This document shows positions 18,973 through 28,737 of a stretch of 32,000 bases of DNA, in pieces; the first letter of the stretch is position 1, and each line of letters starts with the position of its first letter. The stretch is from positions 1,200,001-1,232,000 of the forward strand of contig NC_010628.1 in the NCBI RefSeq assembly GCF_000020025.1, in the 5' to 3' direction. Position numbers and translations under genes: made by a program. Source of the stretch: Nostoc punctiforme PCC 73102 (lineage in GTDB: Bacteria; Cyanobacteriota; Cyanobacteriia; Cyanobacteriales; Nostocaceae). The notes below the pieces were generated by a model. That model did no database searches. It was not told the origin of the DNA and saw nothing but the letters and a program-made list of their open reading frames with translations.

Positions 18973-19167
18973 GGATTTGACTTGTTTCTTCCATCCATAA
19001 CGGAAGCCAGCGCGTCCGTAAAAAGCTTCTGTCACTTTCCAGAATAAGAAAGTAGTAAATAAACTAAACTATCCAGAAGCATAAGAGGGTTTAAATTCAA
19101 TACAGTTCATTTAAGCATTTCTTCTTTCTCTCTGTGTTTTCTGCGCCTCTGTGGTAGCTACGGGTTT

Positions 19168-19208
19168 GCCAGTTCCTTTATGCCGGGGAACCCGTCCACC
19201 GGACTGGC
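19168..19208. repeat. Hairpin-type small dispersed repeat, copy 2 (intergenic)
   Basis: gccagttcctttatgccggggaacccgtccaccggactggc. It is 41 nt long and shares gccagttc, ggggaaccc and gactggc with copy 1. It has the same bulged T and compensatory stem changes (cc/gg versus cgc/gcg). Confidence 0.55.
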
Positions 19209-19360
19209 TCACCGCTTTGCGTCTACGTTAAAAAAATTGCTTTTTTTACACGTTATTATGTCTATCAACCTTAAGGGACTTGCAAAAAACAAATTATTGA
19301 CAAACACTACTAGCGTTGATGATTAAGATTCAAAGCCTCTGAAAATCCCAATTATGGTAT

Positions 19361-20419
19361 TTACTTAAGTTTTTCGTAAGCAGCCAAAATAATTTTTTCG
19401 GTTTCTTCCCAACTAATACATTTATCAGTTACAGAAACCCCATATTTTAATTCTTCTTGTTTATCGGTAATTGGTTGACTACCTTCATACAAATGTGATT
19501 CCAGCATCATGCCAACTATTGATGTATTACCATCTACTATTTGCTGAATAATATTTTCTAAAACAGCACCTTGTAATTTGTAATCTTTATTAGTATTTCC
19601 GTGGCTACAGTCGATCACAATTCTTGGTGGTAAATTCGCCTGTTTTAATTTATCTTCTACTAATTTGACATTAGCTGCATCAAAGTTGGGTTGACTACCA
19701 CCTCTTAAAATTACGTGACCATAGCCATTCCCTTTAGTTTGAAAGACGCTGACTTGTCCGTTTTGATTAATTCCCAGAAAATTATGCGGGTTTCTAGCTG
19801 ATTGTAGGGCATTCAAAGCTACTTGAATATTGCCATCAGTACCGTTTTTAAAACCCACAGGCATCGAAAGCCCACTTGCCATTTCACGGTGAGTTTGTGA
19901 TTCGGTCGTGCGTGCCCCAATAGCAGACCAGGTAATCAGTTCACTAATGTATTGAGGTATGATTGGATCTAGTGCTTCTGTACCCGCAGGTAATCCCAAT
20001 TCTGTAATTTTTAATAACAAATCGCGTGCAATTAATAAACCATTCTCTACATGGAAAGAATCATCCATATCTGGATCGTTAATTAATCCTTTCCAACCGA
20101 CGGTTGTTCTTGGCTTTTCAAAGTATACACGCATTATTAGTAGTAGCTTATCCTTAACTTCCTCAGACAACGCTTTCAACCTTTCAGAATATTCGAGCGC
20201 TGCTTTTGGGTCGTGGATTGAGCATGGCCCAACTACTATAAACTTTCTCCGATCCTGAAAATCGAGAATATCTTCTATTTCCTGCCTGTATGCTAAAACT
20301 CTTTGTTCGGCTAATTGTGTTAAAGGTAATTTTGATTTTATTTCATTGGGAGTTAATAAAATGCGATCGTTCTCAATGTTAGCGTTGTCGATATTACTAT
20401 TAAATAATTTGTTGTGCAT
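19361..20419 (-). CDS. 3-deoxy-7-phosphoheptulonate (DAHP) synthase, class I
   Basis: 352 aa with FIVVGPCSIHD, RVYFEKPRTTVGWKGLINDP, GARTTESQTHREMASGLSMPVGFKNGTDG and IDCSHGN, which are typical AroG/F/H-type motifs. Confidence 0.92.
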   Translation of the reverse strand: MHNKLFNSNIDNANIENDRILLTPNEIKSKLPLTQLAEQRVLAYRQEIEDILDFQDRRKFIVVGPCSIHDPKAALEYSERLKALSEEVKDKLLLIMRVYFEKPRTTVGWKGLINDPDMDDSFHVENGLLIARDLLLKITELGLPAGTEALDPIIPQYISELITWSAIGARTTESQTHREMASGLSMPVGFKNGTDGNIQVALNALQSARNPHNFLGINQNGQVSVFQTKGNGYGHVILRGGSQPNFDAANVKLVEDKLKQANLPPRIVIDCSHGNTNKDYKLQGAVLENIIQQIVDGNTSIVGMMLESHLYEGSQPITDKQEELKYGVSVTDKCISWEETEKIILAAYEKLK

Positions 20420-20618
20420 GGGGATGCTTGGGCAATTTTATATACGCACTTCAACTCAAAAGTGTAACACAAACCCATGAAATTTTAAAATAGCTTATTT
20501 CTTGCTTGACAAATTTCTAATTACACTGTATTCGAATAAGATAATAACTTAAAAAGGGAGAATATTTTCCCCCTTTCTGTTTGCTATTGGATTACTGACT
20601 CAGTGTTAGTGTATATAA

Positions 20619-22277
20619 TTACTGCCATACAAACACTTTGGCTTCGTATGGGCCCAAGTCAGTTATTATGCCATCATCACCAGATTCGACATCATAATTG
20701 CCTGTCCATTCATGCCATGTACCAGCACTAGGAAAATTAGGAACATGATAGCCAGCTAGGAAATTTTCTGAGAAATTTGCGATTACGACTACACGAGAAC
20801 CTTCATCATTCCAACGAGTATAAGCTAATACTTTTGCCTCTGGATTTTCGTGGATAAAGTCAATATTTTCTGTGTAGAGAGCGTGATTACTTTTACGCAG
20901 GTTGGTTAAGCCTTTGTATGATTCAAATAAACTACGATTGAGATCGTTACCTAACAGAGTCCAATCGATTTTTGATGATTCGGGTTGTTTGGGTTTGTAC
21001 TCGCCAAATTCCTCTCCCATCCAAATCAAAGGTACGCCAACAGCAGTCATTAGGATGGCAACTCCTAATTTAGCCCGTCTAAAGGCTTCTTCGTCAAAAA
21101 TCTCACGGTTCCCCAATTCAACCATAATGTGGTTATGGTCATGGTTGGTGAGGTAATTTACTACATTCGTAGCACCTAAAAAGCCTTGGCGTTTGCAGTC
21201 AATGACATCTTTGAGACGCTCTAAATCAAATGTATCACCGCAGATATGTTCTAGAATGCAGTGATAGAAACTGTCATGCCAGCAACCATCCATTGGCCCA
21301 TCTACATTGGTAATGCTGGTAGTTTCAGGAATGTGTTCAGCAACGTTATAAAAAGGCTTTGCACCAGCAGTGTTTTTGGCTTCCTGAACAATCCAGTGCA
21401 TGAAGTCGTAATTAGCAATTTGCCGTGCTGCATCATAACGAATACCATCAAGATGATATTCCTGAATCCAGAAACGAATTGTTTCACCAATAAATTTCCG
21501 CGCTGGATGAATCTCTAATTTTTCATCATAATGTTCGTAATTAAACTCAGGTCCCCAGTTATTATCAGGGTCCCGAGGTTCATGATGATACCAATAATCG
21601 TGGTCAATTTGTGTTAGAGGAGCAGATGCTTCTGAGTGGTTATAAATACCGTCAATTATCACACGAATGCCTCTGCCATGACACTCATCAATCAATTTTT
21701 TCAACTCAGCAGTAGAACCATAACTTGATTCTGTTGCAAAAAAGTGGCGGGGATTATAACCCCAACTATAATCACCAGGATATTCTTTAAGTGGCATCAA
21801 CTCAATAGCATTGATTCCTAGTTCACTCAAATAATCTAACTTTTCAATGACGTGTTTATATTTGCCTCGTGCATAAGGGTCATCCTCACCACCAGAAAAG
21901 TCACCAACGTGCAATTCATAAATTACTAATTCGTGGTCAGCAGGTAAAGGTTTATCATCATTTTGCCAGACATAAGTATCAGTAATTCTTTCGCAATCTT
22001 TTACATGGATAACACTATCATCTTTTCCACTCAGTTCATCTATATCAGTTGCATAAGGGTCTGTAACATCAACCCATTGTTCTGGCTCAAAAAACCATGA
22101 ATTTGACTGGACACGAAATTTATATTTATAAACACCGTCTTTTAGTTCAACACTTGTACGAAAATAACCATCATTACCTTTTTCCATTGGTATTTCTTGC
22201 CAATCAGAAAAAGAACCAATTAATGCGGCTCCTTTGTTGTATGGTGCAAATAAATTAAATTCAATTGGCTTTGCCAT
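20619..22277 (-). CDS. GH13 alpha-amylase-family glycosidase with N-terminal CBM48/E-set domain
   Basis: 552 aa. GH13 regions are present: I VIIDGIYNH, II GIRYDAARQI, III FYNVAEHI, IV YLTNHDHN. The N-terminus, FNLFAPYNKGAALIGSFSDWQEIPMEK, is CBM48-like. Confidence 0.88.
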   Translation of the reverse strand: MAKPIEFNLFAPYNKGAALIGSFSDWQEIPMEKGNDGYFRTSVELKDGVYKYKFRVQSNSWFFEPEQWVDVTDPYATDIDELSGKDDSVIHVKDCERITDTYVWQNDDKPLPADHELVIYELHVGDFSGGEDDPYARGKYKHVIEKLDYLSELGINAIELMPLKEYPGDYSWGYNPRHFFATESSYGSTAELKKLIDECHGRGIRVIIDGIYNHSEASAPLTQIDHDYWYHHEPRDPDNNWGPEFNYEHYDEKLEIHPARKFIGETIRFWIQEYHLDGIRYDAARQIANYDFMHWIVQEAKNTAGAKPFYNVAEHIPETTSITNVDGPMDGCWHDSFYHCILEHICGDTFDLERLKDVIDCKRQGFLGATNVVNYLTNHDHNHIMVELGNREIFDEEAFRRAKLGVAILMTAVGVPLIWMGEEFGEYKPKQPESSKIDWTLLGNDLNRSLFESYKGLTNLRKSNHALYTENIDFIHENPEAKVLAYTRWNDEGSRVVVIANFSENFLAGYHVPNFPSAGTWHEWTGNYDVESGDDGIITDLGPYEAKVFVWQ

Positions 22278-22590
22278 AGAAGTGTTTGTAATATTAAGGG
22301 TTGATAGACGTATTCTCTGATGCTTAATTGAATTTAAAAATCGGTCTAGAGAAAGAATTATATAACCAGTGCTTCTATCTTCAGGATTAATTTATAAATA
22401 TTTTTGTAAATTATTACTGTTTTTAGCGTTTTTTGACTGTTTATCACATTTATTGTTTTTAACTAATATCCAGATTGGATGTAAGGCATTTTTTACCTAC
22501 ATTTTTTGTCTATAATACTAAACTTAAAATGCTATTGAATCAAAGTGCAAAATTTTAATAAATTAATGACTTTTTATTAACTTCTTAAAT

Positions 22591-22636
22591 AGCAGATATT
22601 CAGTAAAAATAAGATGTTTTTTGTTAAATATCTGCT
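22591..22636 (-). terminator. Hairpin immediately downstream of the DUF1823 gene
   Basis: agcagatatt (22591-22600) pairs with aatatctgct (22627-22636), a perfect 10-bp stem with a 26-nt AT-rich loop. It begins 9 nt past the stop at 22645. The large loop makes terminator function uncertain. Confidence 0.4.
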
Positions 22637-22644
22637 GTATCAGA

Positions 22645-23028
22645 TTATTCAATTTTGCCGTTAGTTTGTTGTAGATAACTTAAAAACCAATTTGCCGCAG
22701 TTGCCCTACGAGTTTGCCGAGGCCCAAATTCACCAATTTTGTATCCTTTGAAACCCAGCTTTTCTTTTAGCATTTGTTTGTTTTCAGCAGGGATGGAACG
22801 AGTTAACTTAACTGTTGCAGGGCGAGATTCTATGAAATTTGGTGGTTGTGGGTACTCCTCTTGCCATTCTGGTGCAACTTGGCTAATGTCCCATTGTGCA
22901 GTTGAAGAGTCATAGCGATAGCCTAAATAATGCCATAGCAACTGGTTGACTGTGGCATCATCAATTTTATCGTCAAGAATTGCCCAAATTGTTGCTGTAT
23001 TGAGTGGTGGCAGGTTAGACATAAGCAA
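22645..23028 (-). CDS. DUF1823 family protein
   Basis: 127 aa with IWAILDDKIDDATVNQLLWHYLGYRYD...WQEEYPQPPNFIESRPATVKLTRSIP...RRATAANWFLSYL. This matches my memory of the conserved cyanobacterial/plastid-lineage DUF1823 family. Confidence 0.75.
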   Translation of the reverse strand: MLMSNLPPLNTATIWAILDDKIDDATVNQLLWHYLGYRYDSSTAQWDISQVAPEWQEEYPQPPNFIESRPATVKLTRSIPAENKQMLKEKLGFKGYKIGEFGPRQTRRATAANWFLSYLQQTNGKIE

Positions 23029-23081
23029 TTCAAAATTCCAGGTTGAAAAACGGACTACTAATTAATTTAATTCACAACAAT

Positions 23082-24084
23082 AGAGTTGTCGGGAAATAAA
23101 AGATAAGTGAGGCAATGCTGGTCTTGTAATTGGGATTCTCTTAAGCAGCCATCAAGTAGAAGTTCCATAATCCTGCTGCGGTCAGCATCAAATGGTCATC
23201 AAAGTTTTCAATCCGATTACGATAAATGACACTGGCGGCGTTGTAGCGCTTCACACCAGCAAAGGCATTTTCGCAAACTACACGGGATTGACTCAATTGA
23301 CGATTCTCCGTTTTTTGAAGGTCACTTAACTTGCCCCCTTTGGGCTTTTTGTGAGGAAGATGGAGATTGTCATACTGCTTCTGTAATCCCTGAAAGCCCG
23401 AGTCTACTTCAATCGGAATTTCATCAGGCACACTACCTGCAATGTCATCTTCGTCATGAAAACGTTTGTCATGCAGTTTGCCTTCTCGTGCTTTGCTTAA
23501 GATCAAGACCCGTTTGGTTTCATCAACTGCCGCCAAGTGTTTACGCGTATGACGTTTCTTTTTACCGGAGTAATTCTGTTGTTGTTGTTCTCTTTCTTGA
23601 GGTCGCGCAATTGGGCGTTCTGTCCCATCAATCATCACTCGTTGCACTCCTGGAAAGCGTGACAAAAATGCTTCAATGCTTTCGAGATGGCGTTCCGGCA
23701 GCGCCATCTTCTGTCCCAAAGCCGCTTCTAATATTGGCTGCAATCGATGCATCCACTCATGTGCCTGGGAGCGATGCATATCAAAGAGCAGTCCCGCCAC
23801 ATCGAAGGTCGGATAACATTTGAAATAGAAAAGGATGAAAAACAATTTGTCTTGGGCTGTAAGTAAGCGGGCTTTGCGTCCTCCACCCAGGCCACGTTGA
23901 CGAGGCTTGGCCTGTTGAGTATCTAGGTACATCGTGGTAAACGTGGGCAAAAGGGCATCAAATGCTTTCCGGTTCAACCCAGTTAATGCCCTCAACAGTC
24001 GGTCTTGCTTCAGCGCACCTTCAATATTCAGCATCATTCTTCCCTACCACTGCTGTCTATTCTCTCTTATTTCCCGACAAGTCT
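23082..24084 (-). mobile_element. Intact ~1.0-kb insertion sequence (DDE_Tnp_4 / IS5-family-like, Harbinger-type transposase)
   Basis: Terminal inverted repeats are (t)agagttgtcgggaaataaaagataa at the left and, as rc at the right, (t)agacttgtcgggaaataagagagaa. These share 18 of the first 19 nt. The candidate 3-bp target duplication is AAT (23079-23081 and 24085-24087), with TA as an alternative reading. There is a single transposase ORF. Confidence 0.8.
23141..24037 (-). CDS. IS transposase (HTH + DDE_Tnp_4 type)
   Basis: 298 aa. DDE candidates are MIDGTERPI, EVDSGFQG and VCENAFAGVKRY. The basic SGKKKRHTRK segment is typical of this transposase class. Confidence 0.85.
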   Translation of the reverse strand: MMLNIEGALKQDRLLRALTGLNRKAFDALLPTFTTMYLDTQQAKPRQRGLGGGRKARLLTAQDKLFFILFYFKCYPTFDVAGLLFDMHRSQAHEWMHRLQPILEAALGQKMALPERHLESIEAFLSRFPGVQRVMIDGTERPIARPQEREQQQQNYSGKKKRHTRKHLAAVDETKRVLILSKAREGKLHDKRFHDEDDIAGSVPDEIPIEVDSGFQGLQKQYDNLHLPHKKPKGGKLSDLQKTENRQLSQSRVVCENAFAGVKRYNAASVIYRNRIENFDDHLMLTAAGLWNFYLMAA

Positions 24085-24243
24085 AATTAGCGGAGTAGTG
24101 AAAAATACTTTATCATTACTCTGCGACACTCCCAAATATAGGGATAATTGCGATCGCACCTTCAGGGCATGACGCTTGGAGGTAAAAACAGATTGTGTAT
24201 ACACAAACTAGGTAAACTGGAATCGTAAAGATTAGACCAGTTT

Positions 24244-24546
24244 ATGCAGAATTCTACAGCACTGCCAAAGATCGTTCGCGCCCATGTATTCATTTCTGGC
24301 CGAGTCCAAGGAGTGGGTTATCGCTATTCCACTGTTGATACCGCTAGGCAGTTGGGATTAACCGGTTGGGTGCGAAATCTCCCTGATAATCGAGTAGAAG
24401 CAGTTTTTGAAGGGGCGCGAGAGGTTGTAGATGATATGGTTCGCTGGTGTCACTCTGGGCCACCTGCTGCTGTGGTTAAAGATGTTGTGGTTGAGTATGA
24501 AGTACCGGAAGGGTTGCGGGGATTTGAAGTTAAGCGGGTTGAGTAG
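24244..24546 (+). CDS. acyP: Acylphosphatase
   Basis: 100 aa with VFISGRVQGVGYRYST...GLTGWVRNLPDNRVEAVFEG, the canonical acylphosphatase signatures. Confidence 0.9.
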   Translation: MQNSTALPKIVRAHVFISGRVQGVGYRYSTVDTARQLGLTGWVRNLPDNRVEAVFEGAREVVDDMVRWCHSGPPAAVVKDVVVEYEVPEGLRGFEVKRVE

Positions 24547-24744
24547 AGAGTTAGAACATCTTCTATTGTGTCTCCTGGTCTTGGCTCAACTCATATATAA
24601 TCTGCTCCATAGAGGATATAGAATCGTGTGTTGAGGTAGCTTTTGCTTGCGAAAATCGCTGCCAGATCGCCATACAATGAGTTAATCTACGGTTTTTTGC
24701 TTGATTTTGGGAATTCTAAATCTAATCAGCTATAGAAACCGCAG

Positions 24745-27503
24745 ATGTATATGACTCAATTTAAGGTATGTGACTCAAGACAATGGCAATTTCTGCCCTT
24801 GGTAACAGGTCGCAGTATTATTCTTTTTAGCAGCATTTTGTTATTTTCAGAATCAAATGTGGCGATTGCTAGACAGCAGCCGGTAAATGTTGCACAGATG
24901 ACGCAGACAAGTTCGCCAGATGCAACTCTGGCTGTTGCTAAACTTGCATATCAAGAAGGGAAGCAACTATATCAGCAAGGAACAGCAGAATCTCTGTTAA
25001 AAGCGATCGCAAAATTTGAGCAAGCACTTTTACTATATCGTCAAGCGAGCGATCGCTCCAATAGGCAAAACCTACTCTCCTTAGAAGCTGACACCCTCGT
25101 TTATATTGGCAAAATCTACTCAAATTTAGGAGAAAAGCAGAAGGCACTTGATTATTACAAGCAATCCCTACCTCTATCTGAAAAAATAGGTGACAAACAA
25201 GCCCAAGGTACTACGCTAAATAACATTGGCAAAATCTACTCAGAGTTAGCAGAAAAGCAAAAGGCGCTGGATTACTACAACCAATCCATATCCTTAAGGC
25301 GACAAGTGGGAGACAAAAATGGGGAAGCTATTAGCCTCAATAATATCGGCTCTGTCTACCATTTCCTGGGAGAAAAGCAAAAGGCACTCGATTACTACAA
25401 CCAATCGCTGTCTCTCAAACGACAGGTGGGAAACAAGGCAGGGATAGCGACTACTCTGAACAACATTGGCAAAGTCTACTTAGATTTAGGAGAGAAGCAA
25501 AAGGCACTCGATTACTTCAGCCAAGCCCTGTCTTTATACCAAGAGGCTAAAGACGCAGAGAAAGAAGGCATACCAACTGCTCTGAGCAATATTGGCACAG
25601 TTTATTTAGAGTTAGCAGAACAGCAAAAAGCACTCTCATACTTTGGCCAAGCCCTGATTTTATACCAGTATGCGGGAGACAAAGGAGGGATAGCAACTGC
25701 TCTAAACAATATTGGCAAAGCTTACTCAAATTTAGGAGAACACCAAAAGGCGCTAGATTATTACAGCCAATCTTTGCTGCTATATCAACAGACAGGGAAC
25801 AAGGCAAGGGAAGCACGTACACTCTATAACATCGCTTTTGTTCAACACGACGCAGGCAATTTTCAGTCTGCCCTGACTCAGATAGAGAAAGTCATCAAAA
25901 TTGTTGAAGGTCTTCGTATCAAAATTGACTCTCAGGAACTCCGCGCTTCCTATTTTGCCACGGTGCAGAATTATTATGAGTTTTATGTCGATTTGCTGAT
26001 GCAGTTACACAAACAGCAACCATCTCAAGGATATGATGCTTTGGCATTGCAAGCCAGCGAACGCGCCCGCGCCCGCAGTCTTTTGGAACTACTTGCAGAA
26101 GCCAACGCAGATATTCGCCAAGGTGTAGAGCCAAAGTTACTTGCTCAAGAACGTAACTTGCAGCAACAACTCGATGTTGTAGAAAAACGTCGGATACAAC
26201 TATTAAGTGGTAAGCATACTGAAGCACAGGTGCAAGCTTTAGAAGAAGACACCGAGGTACTTCTAGAACAGTATAAACAAGTCCAGGTACAAATCCGTGC
26301 TACTAGTCCGCGTTATGCAGCGCTGACTCAACCTCAGCCTCTCTCACTCGTGCAAATTCAACAGCAAGTACTTGATGAAAACACTCTGCTTTTAGAATAT
26401 TCTTTGGGGGAAAAGCGCAGTTATCTTTGGGCAGTTACTAATAAGAGTATTACCAGTTACGAACTACCCAAGCGTGCAGATATTGAAGCTACAGTGCAAA
26501 AGTTCCGTCAAGAAATCACTACCCCGTATCTGAAGCATAGTCCGTCTCTAGATGCTCTATCTCAACAAATACTTGCACCAGTAGCCCAGCAACTGCAAAA
26601 GAAGCGTTTAGCGATCGCCAGCGATGGTGCTTTGCAATATGTGCCATTTGCTGCCCTCACAACAGGTAGCAGTCGCAATTATGAACCATTACTGCTCAAC
26701 CACGAAATAATTACTCTCCCTTCAGCGTCTACCTTAGCTATCCTCAGAAGCGAACACAAAGGACATAAATCTGCTCCTAAAACCCTAGTTGTATTGGCAG
26801 ATCCGATTTTTAACAGTGATGATGAGCGTCTCCAAAATAAAGCACAAGTATCTCGCCTACCTGCGCCAGAGAGCAATTTAGACAACCTGGCTTTAACTAG
26901 ATCCGCCCAAGACTCAGACATTAGCTTTGAACGTCTGCGCTTTACACGTCAAGAAGCCGAGCAAATTCTTTCTCTTGTACCTGTTAGCGATCGCAAACAA
27001 GCCTTTGATTTTAACGCCAGTCGTACCACTGCTAGCAGCGAAAATCTGAGTCAATATCGCATCATCCATTTTGCCACGCATGGCATCCTTAACAGCAAGC
27101 ATCCAGAATTATCAGGAGTGGTATTATCGCTATTTGACGACAAGGGAATGCCACAAAATGGCTTTTTGCGCTTGCACGATATTTTCAACCTCAACCTGCA
27201 AGCAGAACTGGTAGTACTCAGCGCCTGTAAAACCGGATTGGGAGAAGAAGTTAAGGGAGAAGGATAGTAGGGTTAACCAGAGGGTTTATGTATGCAGGGA
27301 GTCCGCGAGTCTTAGTCAGCCTGTGGAGTGTAGATGACCAGGCAACATCCGAACTTATGAAGGTATTTTACAAAAAAATGCTGCAAGAAGGATTAAAACC
27401 AGCAGCAGCTTTGCGGACAGCACAAATAGAAATATGGCGCACTAAAAAATATGCTGCACCCTATTACTGGGCACCTTTCACTCTACAAGGCGAATGGAAA
27501 TAA
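24745..27503 (+). pseudogene. TPR-repeat CHAT-domain protein, interrupted by a 1-nt frameshift near the 3' end (840-aa + 71-aa ORFs)
   Basis: About 8 TPR units of the type [23 protein letters not shown] are followed by a CHAT domain (HFATHG ... LSACKTG). ORF1 ends GEEVKGEG-stop at 27265-27267. The next frame continues [32 protein letters not shown]..., which is the normal CHAT C-terminus. Confidence 0.8.
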
Positions 27504-27657
27504 AGATGCAAGGGAGCAGAGGGGAAAGAGGTAATTTTTATCTCCCCTTTGCCCCCTGTCCCTCTTCACCCTGCTCCTTTCCCCCCTACCTCTTCATTGA
27601 GCAAATTTTTCTTTAGCTTTTCTTTATTCACCCAATGTTGCATTTTTTTAAACATCT

Positions 27658-27685
27658 GTTACATTACTTTACAGACAGTTACAAC
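27658..27685 (+). promoter_or_regulatory. HLR1-type element (RpaB-box-like direct repeats) upstream of hli
   Basis: gttacatt ac tttacaga ca gttacaac. There are three 8-mers at 10-bp spacing that match (G/T)TTACA(T/A)(T/A) at 8/8, 7/8 and 7/8. The element ends 33 nt before the hli ATG. Confidence 0.65.
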
Positions 27686-27717
27686 TGCTACAAAACTTAA
27701 ACTTTGGAGTTTTACTC

Positions 27718-27897
27718 ATGACAGGTTTTAAGAATCCTGCGCCTATTGTTTCAGAAGATCCTAATGCTGTGCGTTTTGGCTTCACTCCTCAGAGTGAAAA
27801 TTGGAACGGTCGCCTTGCAATGATTGGTTTTTTATCTGCGATTTTGATTGAAGCTTTTTCAGGCCAAGGTTTACTCCATTTCTGGGGCATCCTCTAA
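27718..27897 (+). CDS. hli: High-light-inducible protein (HLIP/Scp, single-helix CAB family)
   Basis: Own translation, 59 aa, below the track cutoff: [59 protein letters not shown]. It contains the Chl-binding [12 protein letters not shown] motif. GGAG lies 9 nt upstream of the ATG. Confidence 0.9.
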   Translation: MTGFKNPAPIVSEDPNAVRFGFTPQSENWNGRLAMIGFLSAILIEAFSGQGLLHFWGIL

Positions 27898-27904
27898 ATT
27901 GATC

Positions 27905-28052
27905 GTAGTAGGGGTACACGGCTGTCATTAGTGTTTACTTAGACCAAAACCCTTTTAAAACCTCATTTCCAGGTTTAACCTGTATGGGCTGCTACTGCTT
28001 ACTGGCTTTGACTTTAAGTTGACATCAATGCACAGTTGCGACCCCCTACTAA
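27905..28052. repeat. ~148-bp element bounded by ~34-nt imperfect inverted repeats (MITE-like or long 3'-UTR hairpin)
   Basis: The left arm is gtagtaggggtacacggctgtcattagtgtttac. The rc of the right arm is gttagtagggggtcgcaactgtgcattgatgtcaac. Shared blocks are tagtagggg, ctgt, catt and gtgt/gatgt. The element starts 8 nt after the hli stop. Confidence 0.5.
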
Positions 28053-28189
28053 CCGTCTATATTCCACACACATTATTCATTGCTAATCTATGGCAGCTGT
28101 TGGGGTTGGTGCAAAATACCAGATTTTTCCGGTTAAGCCAAAATATAAGTGAATAACTACTTTACATTGAATATGTATAGCTAAAACTC

Positions 28190-28513
28190 ATGGAAATACC
28201 CCAACGCGTATCTGTCCGCTACAAAGACGCGTCCTTCAATAGCAACGAGATCCGCTTAAGAACCTTGCGGCTTGGGTTACAAATATGGGAAGAACAAACC
28301 AAACCGCGAAAAACAGAGCTTTATCAGTTTATATCGTCTTGCTTGAAACAAGTTGATCGGCAAGATCGTTTTATGTTTTCTCTACTGTTCATAGAATTAA
28401 CAGACATGATACGTAATTCTTCGCTGGAAAGGGGAACGAAAGAGGTTTTGATTAAAACAGCTTTTAGAGAGTTTGCTTGTGCAATAACAGACTTTGAAGA
28501 CGTTGGCAAATAA
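28190..28513 (+). CDS. Hypothetical protein (107 aa, no recognisable domain)
   Basis: This is the only sizeable ORF between hli and the CRISPR leader. It has no clear SD sequence and looks predicted-helical and soluble. Coding status is unproven. Confidence 0.4.
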   Translation: MEIPQRVSVRYKDASFNSNEIRLRTLRLGLQIWEEQTKPRKTELYQFISSCLKQVDRQDRFMFSLLFIELTDMIRNSSLERGTKEVLIKTAFREFACAITDFEDVGK

Positions 28514-28721
28514 AGTCAATCATGAGGGTGCTGGTATTCTGTAGGTGTAGCCCACCCCGGCAACACTCTAACTAATCAAGTAGGGTATTTATAAATAAGC
28601 AGCTTTCCAATCAGATTAGTTTTTTTGTTAAATGCGCGGATGGGTAGGTATTGGGGAGGGGGTAACTAGAAAAATGGCTGAACTGTGCTATGTGCAAGAA
28701 CTGGGGAGCGATGCCTGCGGT

Positions 28722-28737
28722 GGGCTACGCCTACGCA
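28722..28737 (+). repeat. Dispersed repeat, 16-nt core GGGCTACGCCTACGCA (copy 3, in CRISPR leader)
   Basis: ggggagcgatgcctgcggt gggctacgcctacgca. About 30 nt resemble copy 1, with 4 mismatches. Confidence 0.6.

Noticed and set aside
24089-24123. The hairpin gcggagtagtga...tcattactctgc lies at the right flank of the IS, and ggactacta on the left flank resembles it. I considered whether the IS landed in a pre-existing palindromic element.
   Set aside because: The left and right flank similarity is short and partly in the wrong orientation. I cannot distinguish it from chance without other genome copies.
27258-27270. I considered programmed -1 ribosomal frameshifting in the CHAT gene.
   Set aside because: There is no X-XXY-YYZ slippery heptamer at the junction (ggagaaggatagtag) and no obvious downstream stimulatory structure. 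Two consecutive TAG codons follow in the zero frame. A simple 1-nt deletion or a sequencing error explains it better.
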